Positions 25,781-39,473 of a DNA stretch of 64,000 nt are shown here, piece by piece. Under the pieces are notes generated by a model that saw nothing but the letters and a program-made list of their open reading frames with translations, did not search any database and was not told where the DNA came from. Numbering within the stretch: position 1 is the stretch's first letter; every line of letters starts with the position of its first letter. This DNA is from Eledone cirrhosa (Eukaryota), in the NCBI GenBank assembly GCA_964016885.1, contig OZ024751.1, positions 51,274,001 to 51,338,000 on the forward strand, written 5' to 3'. A program made the position numbers and the translations under genes.

Positions 25781-27619
25781 CATTAATAATGCTTTGTAAA
25801 GGCAGAGTGAATTGGCAGCGACAAGAGAGAATTGGCTTGTATGCCTTGTAATATCCATTTCAGCTTTTGGCAATCTATGCTAAAAATCCCACCAAAGATC
25901 AACTTTGTAATTCATCTTTTTGGGATCAATATTTTGGGGACTAATCCTGCTGGGATGTCTCTCTCTCTATCTATCTCTGGAAGAAATTGACTGAGGTTAG
26001 AGGTGAAGAGGGATTCCCAAGACACACTATGTTATGGCAGTCACTTCAAAAATCCATCAGGATTTAAAGGCCTCTTCCTTGAAAGGCAGCTTTTTAAACA
26101 TTTGAAAGAATTTATTTCCTAGATACTCTGACCTCTAATTACACCTGTGCATCACACACATACAAACACTACCTCTCTACTTTTTCTGTCAGCTTCCTTG
26201 TGATTCATATCTTTTTGTAACCTAGGTTACAGCATATAGACATAGACACAGACACAGACAGAAATGTAAATAAAGATACACAGACACACACACATGTATA
26301 CATACACATCCATATATATACATATATACACATATATACACATATATGTACATATATACATATATATATACACATATACACATATATATGCACAAATACA
26401 TATATATATATATACATATACATATATACACACATATATATATATACATATATATACATATATATACATATATATATACACATACATATACATATATATA
26501 TATATATATATAGATACACATATATATAGATATATATATACATATATATACATATACATATATATACATATACATACATATTTATAATATATATGCATAT
26601 ACATATATACATATATATATACATGCATACATATACATTTGTCTACTAAATTTCACTCATAAGGTGTTACACTCACACAAACGCATTCTCATATATTCAG
26701 AATGAATCTCCATAAGTAACAGCTGTAACAGCAACAACAGGAACAACAACAACAGCAAGTATAACTACTAGATCAATAGAAAGAGCAAGAACAATGAAAA
26801 CTAAACATATTCTAATTTCCTTTTCAGCCATATTTGGAAATAGCTTAGTTTAGAAGAAGTAACTTAATAGACTACTTAGGATTCTGGTCATTGTTCGTAT
26901 TCCAGTCAATGGGAGAGTTCTATGGAGACGTCACATCAATATTCAGTATTAAGGAGCAACTATACATACATATATGTGTATGTGTGTATATATATATATA
27001 TATATAACCATGTCAACATGGAAAATAGATGTAAAATGATTATGATGATTTGTGCGTGTGTGCATACATATATATACATATTTGGATGCTTACATGCATG
27101 CATATCTACCTCATATCTACCTACTGGCATACATGCATGCATACATACATGCCATACATATATACATATGTAATAGTGTTCATATTAATAGGGAATATAT
27201 ATTTTTGTTTTGCTTAATATTGCATTTAATTTTGATTAATTTTCTCCTAATCAAGGCAGACTCCCTCTGCATTTAGCGCATAATAGCTGAATATTAACAA
27301 CTATCTAAGATATTGCAAAGATGATAGAGTAGAAGTTTTCACACTAAAAAACCTTATCTAACTATCAAAGACCACAAGCTAAACTTTATGAATAATTTCC
27401 CAATCAAACTCATTACTCCACAAGCTGAACTAAAAGGAATCAGTAAAGATATAGGAGATAAAATCAACAATAATAACCAGGAAAGCCCTAGAGAAACACT
27501 TTAGGACAACAATGCATCAGTAATAAGCTTGTTAACACACATCTCAGATAAATATAAATGCACACTCACCAAAATTTGATATAATTGAAGCCTACACAAC
27601 CATCACAAAACATCTTTTA

Positions 27620-27881
27620 TTAACACTTTTGTTACCATATTTCTAATGAAATGTATTATCAATGTGTGTTAATTAATTTTGAAAAATATCCAAAAATTTG
27701 AAAGGATTAAATAAAATAACTAATTTTTCATTATTAAGCTGATGATTGGAAAATTATTTAACAATCTTTTCCTAAATACGATTATGATGGAATGTTTTAA
27801 TATAAGTATAAATATTTTAAAATGGCCAGTCTTATTATAAAACCAGGGCAGTTTCAGCCGGTTTAGTATCAAAAAGATTAA
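27620..27881 (+). mobile_element. TTAA-bounded MITE (piggyBac-like termini)
   Basis: ttaacacttttgttaccatatttctaatgaaat...tagtatcaaaaagattaa; related copies at 59055-59349 and about 56346-56604 (-). Confidence 0.55.
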
Positions 27882-28175
27882 AGACCCTAGAATTTGCAAA
27901 ACTCCAATCTACCATCAATATACATCAATATACCAGAGCCTGGTTAACTAACTTATATTATATTTCTCCAGTACACAAGAACCTCCAATATGCTAGAGTC
28001 ATTAACTAGAATTATTGAAGTATTTCAGAATTTCATTATCTATCAAATTCATTCTAAGTTTCTTAATAAAATTATTTAAATTTGTTTATCTAAACTATAA
28101 TAAAGGAATATTCATTAATAACCTTATTTATATCCACTTATAAATAAGGTTATAATTAAAAAATTGGTAGAAGAT

Positions 28176-29272
28176 ATATGATGACCTCGCACTCATAGCT
28201 GAATCTATGGTAGAACTAGAGAAGAAATTCCAAACCTGGAAGCAGGGACTAGAAAGAAAGGGTCTCAAAGTCAACATGACAAAGACTAAGGTCCTTGTAA
28301 GTAGACGAGAAAACAGAACCCAGATCCCCTCAGGGAAATGGCCTTGCTCAGTATGTAGGAAAGGTGTAGGTAGGAACTCTATTCTCTGCCCCAAATGCAA
28401 ACAATGGGTACACAAGAGATGTAGCGGGATCTCAGGAAGCTTAATTAAGAATGTAGGCTTCACATGGCAGGGCTCTGTAGAAACAGTAGACAGCTTCTGC
28501 TACCTAGGTGACCAAATTAGCAGCGGAGGTGGGTGTTCAGAAAGTACAATAACTAGGGTAAGAATGGGATGGAAGAAGTTTAGGGAACTACTACCACTGC
28601 TCGCTGCAAAAGGCTTCTCCATCAAAATGAAAGGCAGACTGTATGATGCGTGTATCCGAACAGCGATGTTGCATGGTAGTGAGACCTGGGCGCTGAAGGT
28701 GGAAGACTTACATAGATTAGAGAGAAACGAAGCCTGCATGCTCCGATGGATGTGTAATAGTAATATACGCGAACGACAAAGCATAAATGAATTGAGAGAG
28801 AGACTGAGCATAAAGGAATCAAATGCTGTGTGCAGGAGAGGCGGTTGTGTTGGCATGGACATGTGATGCGTATGAAAGATGACAGCTGCATAAAAAGGTG
28901 CAGAGCATTAGAAGTCGATGGAAACCGCGGAGGGGGGAGACCCAAGATGACCTGGGATGAGGTGATAAAAGCCGACCTTACCCAATTACACCTCTCAAAG
29001 GCGATGACACATGACCGTGACCTCTGGCGTCACGCAGCAATACAGAGTACCCGACCTCCCATGGGTACAAGCTGAAGCATATAGACAATATGCCCCCACA
29101 CCCCCCACTGCAAGGTGGTCGTGGAGGTGCCACGGCAAAAAAGCACCCAGCCCACACTGTAAAGTGAACGTGTAGGCGCCACGAAAAAGCACCCAGCACT
29201 CACTGTAAATGAGGTTGGTGTTAGGAAGGGCATCCAGCTGTAGAAATCAAGCCAAATCAGTTCCTGTATGAG
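28176..29272 (+). pseudogene. RTE/BovB-type LINE 3' half (RT, Cys-rich insert, 3' UTR), frameshifted and internally deleted
   Basis: YDDLALIAES; GLKVNMTKTK; WPCSVC...CPKCKQWVHKRC; SFCYLG; MLHGSETW; frameshift near 28810; RRLCWHGHV..GRPKMTW. Confidence 0.9.
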
Positions 29273-29402
29273 CAATATATATATATATGATTCCAGTTCC
29301 TCAGTGAAATAACAACCCAACCAGGAACTGGGCATATCAGAGTATTGACAAAATTATACACCTCAACAACATATGTACTTGTCTATACCACACTAATTCG
29401 GA

Positions 29403-29452
29403 CTGCCTGAAGAGGTCACAGCCAAAGATGGCTGTCACCGAAATATATACAG
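29403..29452 (+). ncRNA. Hammerhead-like motif in a (TA)n-flanked insert (about 29288-29607)
   Basis: CUGAAGA 29407-29413; stem II GGU/ACC plus ACAGCCA/UGGCUGU; GAAA 29440-29443; palindromic AUAUAU stem III; stem I only CUG/CAG with an extra C. Confidence 0.55.
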
Positions 29453-29795
29453 CAATAATAAACGAAGCTAAATTTTAAACATTTGACTTACTATTTTACT
29501 TTATTTTACATTATTCCGGAGTAACCAAACCAACCTGCGCACTTCGTCGAGTGCTCCAGCTTGCATACTGAGGTGTTGGTAAACAACCAACATATACTCA
29601 AAATCTATAGTATATATATAGTATATATATATATAGTATATAATATATATATATATAGTATATAATATATATATAGTATATAATATATATATATAGTATA
29701 TATATATATAGTATATAATATATATATATAGTATATATATATATAGTATATATATATATAGTATATAATATATATATATATATATATAGTATATA

Positions 29796-30865
29796 ATCAT
29801 CATCATTATCATCATCAACGTTTAACGTCCGTGTTCCACTCTTGCATGGGTTTGGACGGGGGTTTTCCCACTTGAAGCAAGAGTGATTGTCTTGCTCGCA
29901 TAGGACTGTCTGGCGGGTTTTCTACAGATGGATGCCCTTCCTAACACCAACCACATTTACAGTGTGGGACTGGGAGGTTTTTACCGTGTTGCCTACACGG
30001 CCACATTACAGCATGGGCTATGTGTTTTTTGTCGTGACACCTACACGATCTCATTTGTTTCGGCCTGGATGTTGTGGCACCAACATAACTTTACATTGAA
30101 AGGGGCGGTGTGGATGAGGTGGTGATGGTGGGACGGGGGTGTGTTTTTTTAGAGATGCCTACTGACTGTAGTAGGTTTTACTTTGTATTTAGGTAAGATG
30201 GGTCTTCTCTATTACTGAGTACCGCCAAAGGTCTTGGTCCAGTGACATTGTCTTGGAGAGGTGTAAGCGAGTGAGGTCGGAATTTATCATGTCGTCCAAG
30301 GTTTTTCTGGGTCTGCCTACTCCGTGGCTACCGTCTATCTTTATTGCCCTGCACTTTGTTATACAGTTGTCGTCTTTCATGCGCATCACGTGACCATACC
30401 AACGTAGCCTTCTCTCGAGTAACAACATCTGATCCCTCTTATTTCTAATTTTTTCCTTAGTTCGTTTATGCTTAGCCGTTCACGTATATTACTATTACAC
30501 ATCCAGCGGAGCATGCAAGCTTCGTTCCTCTCTAGTCTGCGTATATCCTCTGCACACAATGCCCAGGTCTCACTGCCATGCAGCATTGCTGTTCATATGC
30601 AGGCATCATATAACCTGCCTTTCATTTTTAGGGAGAACTCTTTAGCGGCTAATAGTGGTATAAGCTCTCTGAACTTTTTCCATCCAGTTCTGACTCTAGC
30701 TACTGTACTTTCAGAGCACCCTCCCCCACTGCTGATTTTGTCACCCAGGTAACGGAAGCTGTCCACTATTTCTATAGAACCCTCTGTGCAATTGAAAGAG
30801 CTAGTATTTAGTGGGCACTTGCTGCTACTTATTGCACCAGAGCACCAGCCACATGTAAAATCTAT
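29796..30865 (-). pseudogene. Second RTE/BovB-type LINE 3' fragment with (GAT)n tail
   Basis: MLHGSETWALCAEDIRRLERNEACMLRWMC and RRLRWYGHVMRM...GRPRKTL on the minus strand; 5' end cut by a (TA)nG tract. Confidence 0.88.
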
Positions 30866-31490
30866 GTTCTATATATATATAGTATATATATATATAGTAT
30901 ATAATATATATATAGTATATATATATATATAGTATATATATATATATATATAGTATATATATAGTATATATATATATATATATATATAGTATATATATAT
31001 ATATATATATAGTATATATATATATAGTATATATATATATATAGTATATATATATATATAGTATATATATATATAGTATATATATATAGTATATATATAT
31101 ATATAGAATATATATATAGTATATATATATATATAGTATATATATAGTATATATATATATATAGTATATATATATATAGTATATAGTATATATATAGTAT
31201 ATATATATATAGTATATATATAGTATATATATATATAGTATATATATATAGTATATATATAGTATATATATATAGTATATATTTATATATAGTATATATA
31301 TATATATAGTATATATATATATATATAGTATATATATATAGTATATATATATAGTATATATATATAGTATAAATATATATAGTATATATATATAGTATAT
31401 ATATATAGTATATATAGTATATATAGTATATATAGTATATATAGTATATATATATATTATATATAGTATATATATATATAGTATATATAT

Positions 31491-32624
31491 TTTCCACAAA
31501 ATACATATAGTTAGCACCCCAAACACTTAAATTGGGTTTATACTAACGTATAACCTAATGTTTGTTGAGTGAGATGGTTACCAGTCGGAGTTTAGCTTAA
31601 AGCTATCTCTGTTATTGTATTAAATATTTTACTCTTGATTTGGCCAGAGATTTTTATTTCCAGGTACCTTATAAGCATGACTTTCCGTATTTATTACTGT
31701 TATGAGATATTGTTTGTTTTTTTGGGGTATATCTTCTCTGTTTTTAGCCTAAGAAAATATCTATATGCGTGTGTAAATAATTACATGCATACATTTATTT
31801 TTTAAAATTAATTGAGTTCTTAACATGCGTAATTAATATTGGTTTTGAAATAACTAATTAACTCGCGTGTATTAAATATTTTACTCTTAATTTGGCCGGA
31901 GATTTACATTCCCAAATCCTTTTAAAGCGTAACTTTATGTATTTATTACAGTTATGAGATGTGATTGTTTTTAGGTATCATTTCTCTGTTTTTAGCCTAA
32001 GAAAATATCTATATGCGTGTGTAATTAATACATGCATACATTTATTTTTTAAAAATTAATTGAGTTCTTAACACGCAGGATTGATAATGTTTTTTCAAAA
32101 GACTAATTAACCCACGTGTATATTATTTTACTTTTCTCGTGACTCGTGGTTGTCTCCTCTTTCCGCTTCGTGACGCTATGATACTTCCTCAGTCAAAAGA
32201 CTGCTGGAATTTCAAATTTGGCGGTCATTCGATACGTGAAGGGACAACTTAGCGGACACGAAAATTAACTGTGCTAAGGAATTTTTTCTTATATCAAAGT
32301 TTAATGGGCTTCCACTGACGATTTATAGGTGCCCACCTAAATATTTTCTTACATGAAAATATGTTAGGCTTCTACATAAACTGGAAACATTCTCCAAACT
32401 TGTAGAAAACTTATAATGAAACAATTGTTTGGAAAGAGAGATATATTTTAACTTTAATTATATCTCATATAAAATAATACAACTGGCTTTCCACAAAATA
32501 CATATAGTTAGCGCCCCAAACACTTTAATTGGGTTTATACTAACGTATAACCTAATGTTTGTTGAGTGAGATGGTTACCAGTCGGAGTTTAGCTTAAAGC
32601 TATCTCTGTTATTGTATTAAATAT
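31491..32624 (+). mobile_element. Non-coding element with 137-bp terminal direct repeats and an internal hammerhead (retrozyme-like or PLE pseudo-LTR)
   Basis: 31491-31627 matches 32488-32624 (offset 997); internal tandem duplication of about 250 bp; (TA)n on both sides. Confidence 0.7.
32310..32434 (+). ncRNA. Type I hammerhead ribozyme with branched stem II insert
   Basis: Stem I UUCCA/UGGAA; CUGACGA 32315-32321; stem II UUAUAGGU/ACUUAUAA closed by U-U; GAAA 32418-32421; palindromic ACAAUUGU; GUU site. Confidence 0.7.
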
Positions 32625-32659
32625 ATAGTATATATATATATATATATAGTATATATATA

Positions 32660-33268
32660 TCATCATCATCATCATCATCATCACCGTTTTACGTCCGTTC
32701 TTCCACGCTAGCATGGGTTAGACGGGTTGTCCTGTTGTGGGCAGTGTCTGGTCGGCTGACCATGCCTTGCTCATACAGGAACTGATTTGGCTTGATTTCT
32801 ACAGCTGGACGCCCTTCCTAACACCAACCTCATTTACAGTGAGTGCTGGGTGCTTTTTCGTGGCGCCTACACGTCCACTTTACAGTGTGGGCTGGGTGCT
32901 TTTTTGCCGTGGCACCTCCACGACCACCTTGCGGTGGGAGGGTGTGGGGGCATATTGTCTATATGCTTCAGCTTGTACCCATGGGAGGTCGGGTACTCTG
33001 TATTATTGCGTGACGCCAGAGGTCACGGTCGTGTGTCATTGCCTTTGAGAGGTGTAATTGGGTAAGGTCGGCTTTTATCACCTCATCCCAGGTCATTTTG
33101 GGTCTCCCCACTCCGCGGTTTCCATCGACTTCTAGTGCTCTGCACCTTTTTATGCAGCTGTCATCCTTCATACGCATCACATGTCCATACCAGCGCAACC
33201 GCCTCTCCTGCACACAGCATTTGATTCCTTTTATGCTCAGTCTCTCTCTCAATTCATTTATGCTCTCA
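32660..33268 (-). pseudogene. RTE LINE 3' end, close relative of 28777-29272
   Basis: ORF 32968-33252 ERRLRWYGHVMRMKDDSCIKRCRALEVDG...STRPPMGTS; same 3' UTR; (GAT)n tail. Confidence 0.9.
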
Positions 33269-33479
33269 ATTCATATATAGTATATATATATATATATAGT
33301 ATATATATATATATAGTATATATATATATATAGTATATATATATATATAGTATATATAGTATATATATATAGTATATATATATAGTATATATATATAGTA
33401 TATATATAGTATATATATATATAGTATATATATAGTATATATATATATAGTGTATATATATATAGTGTATATATATATA

Positions 33480-33562
<83 letters not shown>

Positions 33563-33569
33563 TTATATA

Positions 33570-33600
<31 letters not shown>

Positions 33601-33792
33601 CGTTATTCCGGGTTGAATCGGAGGTAACCACAGTAAGTAAGGTACTCAATACATAGCAGAGTATAACAGTTTTAATATAGATGAGATTCTACAGGACTAG
33701 AACTGTTTCATTCATTAGAAATCAGGGATTCCTGATGATTTCTAATGAATGAAACAGTTCTAGTCCTGTAGAATCTCATCTATATTAAAACT
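33601..33792. mobile_element. (TA)n-embedded fold-back insert with hammerhead core at the turn; family also at 55201 and 62030
   Basis: 57-bp arms 33668-33724 and 33736-33792; CTGATGA 33732-33738, TTC/GAA stem II, GAAAC 33751-33755. Confidence 0.7.
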
Positions 33793-33881
33793 ATATATAT
33801 ATATATATATGTATGTTTATGTTAAGTTGAAACTGTTGTGAATATCAAAACAGACATGTGAATAAAATTCTCTCTCCCTCT

Positions 33882-33916
<35 letters not shown>

Positions 33917-34007
33917 TATATATATATACACTATATTTATATATACTATATATATATATACTATATATATATATATATATACTATATATATATATATACT
34001 ATATATA

Positions 34008-34053
<46 letters not shown>

Positions 34054-34114
34054 TATATATATATAGTATATATAATATAATAAATAACAAAGAACGCCTA
34101 TAGCATATGCATAT

Positions 34115-34172
34115 CTTTACTTGCTAACATTGTTTCATCCGCACTATAAGTGGGACTCATCAGAGCATAAAG
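34115..34172 (-). ncRNA. Type I hammerhead ribozyme (mirror of 35578-35635)
   Basis: Reverse strand reads CUUUA-UGCU CUGAUGA GUCCCAC uuaua GUGcGGAU GAAAC aau GUU AGCA-ag-UAAAG. Confidence 0.75.
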
Positions 34173-35577
34173 GTTAATTACATACCATACAAGCAATAAC
34201 AAATCCAAGACATTGAAGAATGAAAAATAATAGAAGATAAAGGATATTAAGGAAGTAAAAGTAAAAATAAGAATAAAAATAAAAATAAAAATAAAAATAA
34301 AAATAAAAATAAAAATAAAAATAATAAAATAAACAATAAAAAATAAGGGGTGCTATCAGTCACAGTTGGGCGGGGTGCTGTCAACATATAGTTACATACA
34401 AGCATACACATGGATAAGAGAACAGACAAGAGTAGATAAGATAGATAGGATTAGGTAAGAGTAGGTAAAAAATAGGTGAAAAACAGACTTATAATATATA
34501 TAAGAAAATATAAAAAAATACATAACAAACTTACATATAAAATATAAAATATACAGATAATAGTGATACAGGGTAAGGAATGAAATAAAATAATATAAAA
34601 TTAAAATTAAAATTATATAAAATAGAACATAATATAATATAATCATAAAATAAGATAAAATAAGGTAAACTAAAATAAAATAAAATAGACTAAAGTAAAA
34701 TAATATAATATAAGATATAATTAAATGTAATTAAATAAATAAATAAATAAATAAATAAAATTAAATAAATAAATAAAATTAAAATTAAAATTAAATTTAA
34801 ATTTAAATAAATAAATAAATAAATAAATAAGTAAATAAATAAATAAATAAATGAAATTAAATAAGTAAATAAATAAAATGAAATGAAATAAAACTATATA
34901 TATTTAAATTTAAATTTAAATTTAATTTTAATTTTAATTTTATTTATTTATTTAATTTTATTTATTTATTTATTTAATTACATTTAATTATATCTTATAT
35001 TATATTATTTTACTTTAGTCTATTTTATTTTATTTTAGTTTACCTTATTTTATCTTATTTTATGATTATATTATATTATGTTCTATTTTATATAATTTTA
35101 ATTTTAATTTTATATTATTTTATTTCATTCCTTACCCTGTATCACTATTATCTGTATATTTTATATTTTATATGTAAGTTTGTTATGTATTTTTTTATAT
35201 TTTCTTATATATATTATAAGTCTGTTTTTCACCTATTTTTTACCTACTCTTACCTAATCCTATCTATCTTATCTACTCCTGTCTGTTCTCTTATCCATGT
35301 GTATGCTTGTATGTAACTATATGTTGACAGCACCCCGCCCAACTGTGACTGATAGCACCCCTTATTTTTCATTGTTTATTTTATTATTTTTATTTTTATT
35401 TTTATTTTTATTTTTATTTTTATTTTTATTTTTATTTTTATTTTTATTTTTATTTTTATTTTTATTTTTATTTTTATTCTTATTTTTACTTTTACTTCCT
35501 TAATATCCTTTATCTTCTATTATTTTTCATTCTTCAATGTCTTGGATTTGTTATTGCTTGTATGGTATGTAATTAAC

Positions 35578-35635
35578 CTTTATGCTCTGATGAGTCCCAC
35601 TTATAGTGCAGATGAAACAATGTTAGCAAGTAAAG
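35578..35635 (+). ncRNA. Type I hammerhead ribozyme
   Basis: Stem I CUUUA.UGCU/AGCA.UAAAG; CUGAUGA 35587-35593; stem II with one extra mismatch; GAAAC aau GUU. Confidence 0.72.
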
Positions 35636-35786
35636 ATATGCATATGCTATAGGCGTTCTTTGTTATTTATTATATCACGGCTCTGTCCTCAGACATTGAG
35701 CTAACCTTATACTGCCTGCTGGATAAGTGGAGTGTTATACACCCCTGATCCTCTCCCTAGTATACTATATAGTATATATACATATA

Positions 35787-35846
<60 letters not shown>

Positions 35847-36082
35847 TATATATATATAGTATATATATATATAGTGTATATATATATAGTGTATATATAT
35901 ATATATATATATAAGAGAGGGAGAGAGAATTTTATTCACATGTCTGTTTTGATATTCACAACAGTTTCAACTTAACATAAACATACATACACATCTATTT
36001 ATGCTTACGTATATATTTTCTTCTATATAAACATGCATTTATTAATGAAATTATTCATATATATGCATGCACACATGTGTGT

Positions 36083-36175
<93 letters not shown>

Positions 36176-36179
<4 letters not shown>

Positions 36180-36372
36180 AAGATGTTTAACCCCGACGGC
36201 AGAGCTCAAGCCGTTTTGACGGCTATTTCTGGACTCCAGAAATAGCCTTCGAAACGGCTCGAGCTCTGCTGTCGGGGTTAAACATCTTCCTATTACCCAC
36301 TCTACTGCCCTAAGTATTGAGTATTCTGGTGCGTTAGGGTCCATCTGGTTCCTTAGCACACTTCCTTTGTTA
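36176..36372. mobile_element. Short (TA)n-embedded fold-back insert with the 3' half of a hammerhead
   Basis: 41-bp arms 36176-36216 and 36252-36292; perfect hairpin GGCTATTTCTGG/CCAGAAATAGCC followed by ttcGAAACGGCTC. Confidence 0.6.
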
Positions 36373-36398
36373 TATATATATATATACATATATATATG

Positions 36399-36695
36399 GA
36401 GGCACATGGCTTAGTGGTTAGAGCTTGCCATCGAAAGAGACTGGGTGATGTGTTGTTTCCTTGAGCAAGACACTTTATTTCACATTTCTCCAGTTTACTC
36501 AGCTGTAGAAATGAGATGATAGGACTGGGGTCCCGATCATTCCACTGCAAAGTGGTCGTGGAGGTGCCGCGGCAAAAAAAGCACCTAGTACTCACTGTAA
36601 ATGAGGTTGGTGTTAGGAAGGGCATCCAGCTGTAGAAATCAAGCCAGAATCAGTTCCCGTCCCACCCTTGCAAGCAGAGAAAAGTGGACGTAAAA
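36399..36695 (+). mobile_element. SINE family B (tRNA-like head, CORE-like domain, RTE-derived tail)
   Basis: ggcacatggcttagtggttagagc...ccttgagcaagacactttatttcac...ggttggtgttaggaagggcatccagctgtagaaatc...ggacgtaaaatga. Confidence 0.78.
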
Positions 36696-37072
36696 TGAAA
36701 TGCTGAAATGATGATATATTTCATATATATATTTATATATATATTCATATATATATTCATATATATATTCATATATATATTCATATATATATATAAATAT
36801 TTATATATATATTCATATATATATATATATATATATATACATATTATATATTCACACACACAAGCATATTTTCTGCTTTTTCTTTTTCTTATTTTATTCT
36901 TTTCACTTCTCAAAGAGATTTTCATGTCACTACTAAGTTGGTCGGTTCTGTTCGGAGCCTGTCATAATTGGCTTAGAGTAGGATTATGTGGAATTTCGAA
37001 GTAGAAGTGATGGATTAAATTATTTCTTAATGCTACAATAATCTCCATACTCTTTAATATGCTCATCAACTG

Positions 37073-37091
37073 TAAATGACAAGTGGAGAGA

Positions 37092-37140
<49 letters not shown>

Positions 37141-37181
37141 GTATTTATATATATATATATATGTATATATATGTATTTATG

Positions 37182-37218
<37 letters not shown>

Positions 37219-37297
37219 GCATATATATATATATGTATATATATATATAGGTATATATATATGTATCTATGTGTGTGTATATATATATATGTATCTA

Positions 37298-37343
<46 letters not shown>

Positions 37344-37390
37344 TAGATACATATACATAAATACATATATATATATATATACATAAATAC

Positions 37391-37484
<94 letters not shown>

Positions 37485-37506
37485 GTTTCTCTCTACCTGT
37501 CATTTA
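37073..37506. repeat. Imperfect palindrome built around (TA)n
   Basis: 37073-37098 is the inverse of 37481-37506 (2 mismatches); internal microsatellite variants are also mirrored. Confidence 0.7.
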
Positions 37507-37571
37507 ACATCTGCTCTCTTTGCAATGGTTGTATATACATATATATATATATATATATCATCATCATATAT

Positions 37572-37603
<32 letters not shown>

Positions 37604-38149
37604 ATATATATATATATATATATATGAGAATAAATGTGCTGCGTGGTTGCTAATGGGTTAAATATGAATAAAGTTAGTCCTTCATCAATATACACACTTA
37701 CACATATATACCAAAACAAATGATCCAACATTGCAGTGTAAATTTTTTTCTTTTTTGTATGTGTATTCATGTTTCACTACTTTTTGTTGTCTTTTTTTAA
37801 TATTATTGTTGCTTTCTTTGTTTGTTTGTTTTCCTGTTATCTTAGAATTTTTCCAGATTCGGTTCGATAATTTCTTCATCTTTCAATATTATGTCAAACT
37901 TATTGAATATGATGTCTAGAATTCAGAAGGATTATATTTTGTTTTGTTTTGTTTTTGTTTTAATGCAAGAATCAAATAGATTAAAATGTAGAAAATTTAG
38001 TGAAGAATACAATGGAACAAACAACTGATAGAAAATTGATGTTGGTGTTTTGTAGGGAGGAGGGGGGTGGGTTCCTTCTTTTCTTGTTTGTGGAAACAGT
38101 ATACATGATGAAGAAGTCATGAAATGGTGGAGAGAAAGATATATATATA

Positions 38150-38600
38150 TAGGGAGAGAGTGGGAGATGGAGAGGCAGAGTGAAGGGAGAGAGTGGGAGA
38201 TGGAGAGACAGAGAGAAGGGAGAGAGTGGGAGATGGAGAGGCAGAGAGTGGGAGATGGAGAGACAGAGAGAAAGAAGAGAGTGGGAGATGGAGAGACAGA
38301 GAGAAGGAAGAGAGTGGAAGGTGGAGAAGCAGAGAGAAGGTAGAAAGTGGGAGATGGATAGGAAGAGAGAAGGGAGAGAGTGGGAGGTGGAATGGAAGAG
38401 AGAGAGAGAGTGGGAGAAAGAGAGGAAGAGAAAAGGGAGAGAGTGGGGGGTGGAGAGGAAGAGAGAAGGGAAAGGGTGGGTGATGGAGAGGAAGAGAGAA
38501 GGGAAAGAGTGGGAGATGGAGAGGAAGAGAGAGGTGGGAGACAGAAAGAGGTGGGAGATAGAATGAAATAGAAGATACAGAGGGAGAAAGAGATGGGAGC
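38150..38600. repeat. GA-rich degenerate repeat of about 27 bp (GAGAGTGGGAGATGGAGAG...)
   Basis: Direct reading. Confidence 0.85.
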
Positions 38601-38859
38601 CAGATAGGTGAGAGAGAGAGAGATAGAGATAAATAGTGAGGTGTGAGAAGAGAAACAGAAAGAGGATAAGATGCTAAAAATAGGCAGATCTTGTCTGCTA
38701 AATGATTGCCCAGAGAATCATGTCAGAATACATGGGCAGCAACTCCAGAGACATTAGTGCTGATATAGATTGTTGGCTCATAGCTGCTTTTTTAATTGTT
38801 TTTATATAACATATATTGCACTTTGCCTGCCCCATTATATAACAAACTTATAATATATG

Positions 38860-39290
38860 TTCTAGTAGCTAGAATAAGAACAGGCTGGGAAAAGTTCAGG
38901 GAGCTACATCTTCCGTTGACAACAAAAGATTGGAAAGTAATGAAGTGAGCATGCTTCAATGGATGTGTGATGTTAATTTGCACGAACAGCAAAGCACAAG
39001 TTAACTGAAAGAGAAAATGAATATAAGAGGAATCAAATGTAAATGCACTGATATATATATATGATGTGTATGAACGATGATCATTGGGTAAAGATGTGCC
39101 AGGAAATTCCAGTGGAAGGAAACTGCAGTAGAAGAAGACCAAAGATGACCTGGACAGAAGTGCTGAGAGCTGGTATCGTATCACTGAAGCCAACAAGGAA
39201 GATAATAAAGAAACACAAATGGAGAAATGCAGTGCTGGAAAAGACCCATTCAATCCATGCAAGGATGGAAAAGTCGACATATGATGATAA
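38860..39290 (+). mobile_element. Degenerate RTE LINE 3' fragment
   Basis: RIRTGWEKFREL..; ML.WMC; RRRPKMTW; tail gcaaggatggaaaagtcgacatatgatgat. Confidence 0.65.
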
Positions 39291-39473
39291 TAATAATTGT
39301 GTCTACTTTTGGCACAAGGCCAGCAATTATCCCAGTACATTACTGGTACTTTATTTTATCAACCCAGTAAGGATGAAAGGCAAAGTTAACCTCAACGGGA
39401 TTTGAACTCAGACGTAAAGGGGCATAACTGTGCTGAAAAGCTGACCCTCTACCCATACTGCCAATCCACCGCC
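39291..39473 (-). mobile_element. SINE family A
   Basis: Core and tail match. Confidence 0.8.

Larger units (their letters stand above)
34075..35762. mobile_element. Large fold-back insert (arms of about 730-775 bp) with a hammerhead in each arm plus a unique tail
   Basis: 34075 to about 34808 is the inverse of about 34901-35675, with substitutions and different (TTTTTA)n counts; tail 35676-35762. Confidence 0.75.

Noticed and set aside
36399-36430. tRNA genes at SINE heads
   Set aside because: Only A/B-box remnants, with no full cloverleaf
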